A stretch of 64,000 nt of DNA from Heteronotia binoei (lineage: Eukaryota), in the NCBI RefSeq assembly GCF_032191835.1, contig NC_083238.1, positions 21,824,001 through 21,888,000 on the forward strand. Reading direction: 5' to 3'. The notes beneath the pieces were generated by a model that did no database searches, had not been told where the DNA came from, and worked only from the letters and a program-made list of their open reading frames with translations. Of this stretch, positions 62,105 through 64,000 are shown one piece after another; the first letter of the stretch is position 1, and every line of letters begins with the position of its first letter. The position numbers and the translations under genes were made by a program.

Positions 62105-64000
62105 GCAAGTGCTAGGAAAGTGCTCATTATAGTATTTTTAAATGCGACTTACTCATTCAGTCACAAAAGTCTTAGAGTGGACTAGACGGTGAGTGTCAAT
62201 TGTTTGTGAAGTCTGTCAGCCAGAAACCCTTTGTGTGCCTTTAAAAAAAAATAAAACTATGGCATAATAGCCAGCTTGTGGTAGAAAAGGAAATAAATAC
62301 GGTATCTTATATCCTTCAGAATTTCCTCTGAAGTGTTGATTGTGGGTTTTGTTGCCAAATTCAGAACTATTCTGAGACTTCCCTAATTGTTATGATTTGA
62401 CAATCAGTAGTGGAGAAAAATTGGTGTTGTGATACTTATTTGCAGTTATAATAAGAATAAAAACAAATGGTCAAAAATGTGAAAATTGTTATCAGTATGT
62501 CGTGCGAGCCTATAGTTTTGGCAATGCATTTGGAGCTTTACTTTGCTTGACGTTATAAACAGCCAGTTGTTCTGCTTTCTTGGTTTAGCTAACCACTGGA
62601 ATGTCCAAATGATGATAAATTAGGTCCACTGCAGAGCCAAAGCATACTTGGGTCTTATCCAAACTTGCTAACTTCCCATAACTGCCTGTAGGAAAGAGAC
62701 ATTTTGTGTCCTTAGTTGGAGCCTTGTATGGCTGATGCCATGGCAACTCTGAATTACAGGGCATCACTTTAAAGCCATCCAAGGAATCTTTACTGAACTG
62801 TATGGTTTTGAAGATGGGGTTTAATATTGTGCAAATGTCTCCTTCTAGATTATTTTATGGCTGTGAACCGCTTACTAGCTGACACAGCGTAGGCTTGGCT
62901 TTTTAAAATTCTGCTTCATACTCTGCTTTATTGTATGTGTCTAGCCTACAGATGAACCGGTGTAGAGCTTAAAAATGTGGTCCACTTCACTAGACCTTCT
63001 GCGAGGAATTGTATGCAGAAGTGCAGAGTGACCAAGTGTCAAAATGCCTTCTGTGTGAATAGCAAAAGTACAGGTCATTAGGCTTTTTATTTAAATTATT
63101 TCTGTGCAGCCTGGAGGCTCTGAAGACAATACGTATTTGCTAAACGATACGCAATTGCTAAAAATAAATGAGTGAACCTACAATAGAAAACTAGCAGTAA
63201 CAGCACAGAAATAAAAATAAAAGCATCAATAATAAAAGTACAATGCATCTGATCAAATCATGAGTCAGTAATGTATAAAACCAACTGTGCATATAAAATT
63301 AAAACAATGCTCGCCCTCAATTAACCATTGTGTGTGTGTGTGTAGTTAGAGCATGTATGTTGAGATGAGTGTTGGGGAGGATATTGTGTGTCTCTGTTTG
63401 CTATGCTGAGACAGCTCCTGCAGGATCTGCTTAAGGGATGACCAAGGTAATTTTTATTGCAAGTGTAGTACTTTTACAATACAATCCTGAAGAGACTTAC
63501 TCCAGTCTAAGCCCATTAAAATGAATAGGTTTAGACTGGTGTAGCTCTTTTTAGGATTGCACTGTGACTCTCCTCCACCCCAGGGAATGAATGTGTGAGA
63601 GCGCATGAATATGTGCGCACTGGAACATCTTTGGATCAGTTCCTTGTGCCTGCAATGTCTAATGGAGAAGACGTATTTTCATATCCTTCCTCTGGACATA
63701 TAGAGGACTGCCAGACTATTGAATAACATGCTGAGATACGGCCATCACTCATTCTGCTGTGGTGTGCCCCAGAAGGAGCTGGATTAAGGGCTGTGCTTGC
63801 CTTTGTGGAGGGGGAGATGGAAGTCTTCCTGTGACATGCGGAAATCTGGCAGTGATATGACTGCTTAAATGTATCATAGCGCGTGATGTGGATGGTTCCT
63901 GTGACCAGTGGTGCAAAGTGTCTAGCAGAATTCCATATCAAATCTGTAATATAAAAATGAGCTCTAAATTTCTAGTCCTCATGGGGGGTTGTTGAAGTGG

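Overview
Vertebrate genomic DNA, most likely from a gecko (squamate), judged from its repeat complement (Squam3/Ther1-type CORE-SINE, Sauria SINE, Squam2-like SINE, CR1, L2, Penelope-like, hAT MITEs). One complete protein-coding gene can be assembled by hand: DAPL1 (+ strand, 4 coding exons at 5470-5533, 15120-15207, 19237-19297 and 22162-22281; 110 aa, ending IIQQPRKC). A second CpG island at about 57.8-59.0 kb with a strong splice donor is probably the non-coding first exon of the next gene, TANC1 (inferred from synteny only). Almost all entries in the supplied ORF track are repeat fragments or chance ORFs. The most unusual pattern is recurrent tandem amplification of retroelement modules: a 67-bp CR1 3' unit (x6 and x9 at two loci, same junction), a 104-bp Squam3 3' unit (x4 and x3 at two loci, same junction) and a 136-bp Squam2 5' unit (x3, each with Pol III A/B boxes). 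There is also a minimal hammerhead-ribozyme motif antisense in DAPL1 intron 2, several nested insertions with exact target-site duplications, and a probable locally templated insertion. All calls are from reading the sequence; no searches were run.
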